Shown: positions 60,133 to 64,000 of the stretch, piece by piece
Position numbering within the stretch: the first letter of the stretch is position 1
Layout of the letters: each line of letters starts with the position of its first letter
Origin: an uncultured Verrucomicrobiae bacterium
GTDB taxonomy: Bacteria; Verrucomicrobiota; Verrucomicrobiia; Limisphaerales; Palsa-1400
DNA length: 64,000 nucleotides
Direction: 5' to 3'
NCBI GenBank assembly: GCA_963764165.1
Contig: CAVXRD010000002.1
Span: forward strand, 2,528,001-2,592,000
Translations under genes and position numbers: made by a program
Notes under the pieces: model-generated
Database searches by the model: none
Seen by the model: only the letters and a program-made list of their open reading frames with translations
What the model was told of the DNA's origin: nothing

Positions 60133-60212
60133 GAACCAACATTCTTGGGGCATTGGGCGCCGCCATTCAATTCTTTTCCTTTGGCCGGTTCGTCTTACTC
60201 TGCTGCGCGATC

Positions 60213-61106
60213 ATGAAGCCGCTGCACCTGGTGTTGCTCATTCTGATGAATTGTCTTTGGGCCGTATCTTATGCGGCTTTCAAAGCACTCAGCCCATGGC
60301 TCGATTCGGGCGGCATTGCGACGCTCCGTTTTGGCGTGGCAGGGCTAATTTTGATTTTCTGCTGGCCGCTTCTGCCGGGAGAAAATCCTCGCGGACACGA
60401 TTGGCTCCGCTGCGTCGGGCTCGGCATCATTGTGTTTGTCGGCGCGCCGCGCCTCCAAGTGGCTGGTGTGCAAATGGGCAGCGCGGTCGCGGCCTCGCTT
60501 CTCATCGCGCTGGACTCACTTGTAACATCCGTCGCCGCCGCAATTTTTCTGCGTGAACGTATTGCGCCGCGACGCTGGATTGGTTTTCTGCTCGGCGTGA
60601 CGGGCGCGGTGTTGATGGCGGAAATGTGGAAGCCGGATTTCCGATTGCCCGCGCTGACCGGCAATATATTGGTCGTGCTTTCCTTCTTTTGCGAGGCCGC
60701 CTACTCCGTGCTTGGCAAGCCAATGCTGGGCCGGGTGGGATTATTCAAAATCCTCGGCGTCGCACTCACCATCGGAACCATCATCAACTTATCCATCGAT
60801 GGCCGCGCCACACTCCATGCCATTCCAGCGATGACGGCTTATGCGTGGACCACTTTGCTGTACTTGTCACTGATCTGCACGCTGGCCGGCTACTCGCTGT
60901 GGTTCGAGGTGATCAAGGACGTGGACGTCAACATCGCCGCCCTCACCATTTTCGCGCAACCAGTCGTCGGCGCGCTGGTGGCGGTGGTGTGGCTTGGCGA
61001 AACACTCCGCTGGGGCCAGCTTTGGGGAAGCCTGGCAATCATCGCGGGACTTGTGATCGGGTTTTATCGGCGAAAATCCCGTCGGCTGGAAGCATCGAGC
61101 GCTTAA
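60213..61106 (+). CDS. EamA/DMT-family transporter
   Basis: Ten hydrophobic helices; LRFGVAG, FLRERI, QPVVG..WLGE. Confidence 0.88.
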   Translation: MKPLHLVLLILMNCLWAVSYAAFKALSPWLDSGGIATLRFGVAGLILIFCWPLLPGENPRGHDWLRCVGLGIIVFVGAPRLQVAGVQMGSAVAASLLIALDSLVTSVAAAIFLRERIAPRRWIGFLLGVTGAVLMAEMWKPDFRLPALTGNILVVLSFFCEAAYSVLGKPMLGRVGLFKILGVALTIGTIINLSIDGRATLHAIPAMTAYAWTTLLYLSLICTLAGYSLWFEVIKDVDVNIAALTIFAQPVVGALVAVVWLGETLRWGQLWGSLAIIAGLVIGFYRRKSRRLEASSA

Positions 61107-61173
61107 ATGCCTCGAGAATTTATTGCTGCCACGTTATGATGCGCTCCATCGGAAACATGGCGACTTCGGATCG

Positions 61174-62220
61174 ATGTCGACAAATATGACAAATACACAA
61201 GCGGCAGGCTGCATTTTCGAACCAAGGTCCGAGGCTGATTGCGATTTGGCCTCTTTCGTGCCGGAATCGATTCGTAAACTTGAAAATCCTCAACTGGACC
61301 TCCCGCGGATTGCAAAGGACCCGTCGTTGATCGCAAAGATCGAAAGATCGATTCAAAAAATTCCGACGCAACACACGCTGATACATAATGACTCAAGACG
61401 CCTTGGCTCCTTGCCGCCATCGAGCGTTCACCTCATTTTGACATCGCCGCCATATTGGACACTCAAGGAGTATCGAGATCATCCTGGGCAAATGGGGCAT
61501 GTTTCAGACTATGACGAGTTTCTGAGCGATCTGGATCGGATTTGGAGAATTTGTTTTGACGCACTTGTGCCAGGGGGGCGTTTAATTTGCGTCGTTGGCG
61601 ATGTTTGTTTGTCTCGGCGCAAGAATGGAGGCCGCCACACCGTTGTGCCGTTGCACGCATCTATACAAGAGCATTGCCGGGTGATTGGCTTTGATAATTT
61701 GTCTCCCATCATTTGGCACAAAATTGCTAACGCAGCTTACGAAGTGGAAGGCGGCGGCGGTTTTTTGGGAAAGCCCTTTGAGCCAAATTCGGTAATCAAG
61801 AATGATATTGAATTTATCCTCATGCAACGAAAGCCGGGAGGCTACCGAACACCGACCGTCTCCGAGCGCGTTCTCAGCGTCATTTCGGCTGAAAACCATA
61901 AGAAATGGTTTCAGCAGATTTGGAGCGGAGTGACTGGAGCCTCGACGAAGAACCATCCCGCACCGTACCCTGTCGAACTCGCTGAGCGGTTAGTGCGAAT
62001 GTTCAGTTTTGTTGGTGATACCGTTCTCGATCCATTCGCGGGAACCGGCACAACAAACCTTGCGGCTGCAAGGTGGGGACGCAATAGCATTGGCGTAGAA
62101 GTCGACCCTGTTTATTTTGCACAAGCAGAGGAAAGGCTTTCGATTCGGGCCTCTGATCTCTTCTCAGTCGTGACCGTGAAATCATTACGGATGTCGAACC
62201 AAAACCATGCCCGATCATAG
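61174..62220 (+). CDS. Beta-class amino DNA methyltransferase (SPPY, likely m4C)
   Basis: ILTSPPYW precedes HPAPYP and VLDPFAGTGTT; start uncertain. Confidence 0.9.
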   Translation: MSTNMTNTQAAGCIFEPRSEADCDLASFVPESIRKLENPQLDLPRIAKDPSLIAKIERSIQKIPTQHTLIHNDSRRLGSLPPSSVHLILTSPPYWTLKEYRDHPGQMGHVSDYDEFLSDLDRIWRICFDALVPGGRLICVVGDVCLSRRKNGGRHTVVPLHASIQEHCRVIGFDNLSPIIWHKIANAAYEVEGGGGFLGKPFEPNSVIKNDIEFILMQRKPGGYRTPTVSERVLSVISAENHKKWFQQIWSGVTGASTKNHPAPYPVELAERLVRMFSFVGDTVLDPFAGTGTTNLAAARWGRNSIGVEVDPVYFAQAEERLSIRASDLFSVVTVKSLRMSNQNHARS

Positions 62221-62929
62221 CAAGCAACTGAAAGCTGCGATACGGCGTTTTTGGGCCACGCGAGAAAGCCAAGCCTTGAAACAGGGCGCGAAAACAGGCC
62301 AAAGAGACGCCGGCGCGAGGGCTGCTGTCACGGGCGGTGCTCAAATGAACGGATTCGTTCATCTGATCCGAAGCCTGCTGTTGGAGGCAGGAATTCCCCA
62401 ACCGTCGATTCACGTTGAAAAACGAATTGAACTGCCGGGTTATTTTCGGCCCGAAAAGAAATGGGACTTGCTTGTGATTGTTGATAACTGCCTCGTTGCT
62501 TCCATCGAGTTTAAGTCTCAGATCGGCCCGTCGTTTGGGAACAATTACAATAATCGCACTGAGGAAGCGCTTGGCAGCGCAACGGACATTTGGGCTGCGT
62601 ACCGGGAAGGGGCGTTTAAGCCCTCGGCTCGACCATGGCTCGGCTATCTCATGCTTCTGGAGGAAATCGATGGATCGACCCGGCCTGTTCGAGCAAAGGA
62701 ACCGCATTTCAAAGTTTTTCCAGAGTTTAAGAATGCTTCTTATGCGAAGCGCTATGAACTGCTTTTGACAAAATTGCTCCGGGAGCGGCTATATGACGCG
62801 ACATGCTTGCTTTTATCTGACAGGGTTAATGGACCTAAAGGGCGTTATGCCGAACCAAATACCGAACTAAACTTCGAAAAATTCGCCCAGTCCTTGATCG
62901 CCCGGGCATCAGTCGTCAAAAATTCCTGA
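62207..62929 (+). CDS. Type II restriction endonuclease, PaeR7I/XhoI family
   Basis: FWATR, RAAVTGG, LPGYFRPEKKWD, IEFKSQ, SFGNNYNNRTEEALGSA, SYAKRY. Confidence 0.88.
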   Translation: MPDHSKQLKAAIRRFWATRESQALKQGAKTGQRDAGARAAVTGGAQMNGFVHLIRSLLLEAGIPQPSIHVEKRIELPGYFRPEKKWDLLVIVDNCLVASIEFKSQIGPSFGNNYNNRTEEALGSATDIWAAYREGAFKPSARPWLGYLMLLEEIDGSTRPVRAKEPHFKVFPEFKNASYAKRYELLLTKLLRERLYDATCLLLSDRVNGPKGRYAEPNTELNFEKFAQSLIARASVVKNS

Positions 62930-63049
62930 TCACAAAACCGGCACGAATTCGATTCGTGCTCCCATGGCGCACGGACTTGAATGTCGCCAGTGGTTTCTTG
63001 ATTTATTGACGAGGTCTCGTAATCTCTCAGAACGTTAGATTGAACCGTT

Positions 63050-64000
63050 ATGCAACTGGACAATGATGAGATTCGCCGATATTCGCGCCACTTGATTTTG
63101 CCCGAGGTCGGCATGGCCGGACAAAAGAGAATTTGTTCGACCAGCGTCCTTTGCATCGGCGCAGGGGGGCTTGGCTCGCCCATTGCGATGTACCTCGCGG
63201 CGGCGGGGATCGGAAAGATCGGCATTGTGGATTTCGACACGGTCGATTTTTCCAACCTCCAACGCCAGATCATCCATACCACCGCCGACGTCGGGCGTCC
63301 CAAATCGGAATCGGCCAAGGAAACCATCGAGGCCATCAATCCCAACGTCGAGGTCGTACTACACAAGACGCGCATCAGCAGCGAGAACGCGCTCGACATC
63401 ATCGCGCCCTACGACATTGTTGTCGACGGCACGGACAATTTTCCGACCCGCTACCTGACCAACGACGCTTGTGTGCTGCTGAAAAAACCGAATGTCTACG
63501 GCTCGATCTTCCGCTTTGACGGGCAAGCCAGCGTTTTTGCGCCGCACTTGAACGGGCCGTGTTACCGTTGTTTGTATCCCGAACCGCCTCCACCCGGCAT
63601 GGTGCCGAGTTGCGCCGAAGGCGGCGTTTTGGGAGTGCTGCCGGGAATCGTCGGCACGATTCAGGCCACCGAAATTTTGAAATTGGCGCTGGGCAAAGGC
63701 AGTTCGCTCATCGGGCGGCTGCTGTTGTTCAATGCGCTGGAAATGAAATTCCGCGAGGTCCGTCTGCGGCGCGATCCGAAGTGCCCGTTGTGCGGAGAAA
63801 ATCCGACCATCACCCAACTCATCGATTACGAAATGTTCTGCGGCATCACACCTCCGCCGGCCGTTCCGACCGAGGATCCGGACGAAGTCACAGTCCAGGA
63901 AATGAAAAAGGCGCTCGACGACGCCTCGCTCGGCATTCAGGTGATCGATGTGCGCGAGCAGGACGAGCACGACATCGCGCACGTCGAAGGCGTGCCGCTG
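63050..64000 (+). CDS. moeB: MoeB/MoeZ sulfur-carrier adenylyltransferase with rhodanese domain (partial)
   Basis: Translated by hand: RYSRHLILPEVG, GAGGLGSP, SNLQRQ, DGTDNF, PCYRC, CAEGGVLG, CPLCG, IDVRE; open to the window end. Confidence 0.92.
   Translation, partial: MQLDNDEIRRYSRHLILPEVGMAGQKRICSTSVLCIGAGGLGSPIAMYLAAAGIGKIGIVDFDTVDFSNLQRQIIHTTADVGRPKSESAKETIEAINPNVEVVLHKTRISSENALDIIAPYDIVVDGTDNFPTRYLTNDACVLLKKPNVYGSIFRFDGQASVFAPHLNGPCYRCLYPEPPPPGMVPSCAEGGVLGVLPGIVGTIQATEILKLALGKGSSLIGRLLLFNALEMKFREVRLRRDPKCPLCGENPTITQLIDYEMFCGITPPPAVPTEDPDEVTVQEMKKALDDASLGIQVIDVREQDEHDIAHVEGVPL

Overview
This is a GC-rich bacterial chromosome segment. Gene content, secreted-protein C-terminal domains and repeat families suggest Verrucomicrobiota, probably subdivision 3 / Pedosphaera-like (inference). 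1-15.8 kb is a divergent surface-protein locus. It holds two BspA-type LRR proteins whose trypsin-like domains have both lost the catalytic His and Ser, an FG-GAP propeller protein that shares a C-terminal domain with the right-hand LRR protein, a membrane-anchored helical protein, and a FecR-TPR-beta-barrel outer-membrane protein. 15.9-37 kb holds a heptaheme cytochrome c with a cytochrome b-like partner, HU/IHF, a SAM-I riboswitch-controlled ThrC-like/MoaD-like/NIL operon (probably sulfur-carrier homocysteine synthesis), CtpA, an SDR, PIN/TRAM, mlaEFD, luxE-luxC-queD, a WYL regulator, a short Rho and cysK. 37-47 kb is a mobile/defence hotspot: hicBA, three MITEs that each carry a different REP-like doublet, a frameshifted HNH gene, an AT-rich ABC-ATPase + DUF4276/TOPRIM pair, IS200 remnants, and an intact 1300-bp IS4 inserted in a palindromic repeat. 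47-64 kb holds Gfo/Idh/MocA, an HDOD regulator, dapAB-folK, a GHMP-kinase/UDP-sugar-pyrophosphorylase fusion with a GalU-like partner, MFS, LptF/G, PNP, EamA, a type II R-M system (XhoI/PaeR7I-family REase) and a partial MoeB/MoeZ. No rRNA, tRNA or CRISPR array was recognised. All calls come from motif reading by eye; no database searches were run.
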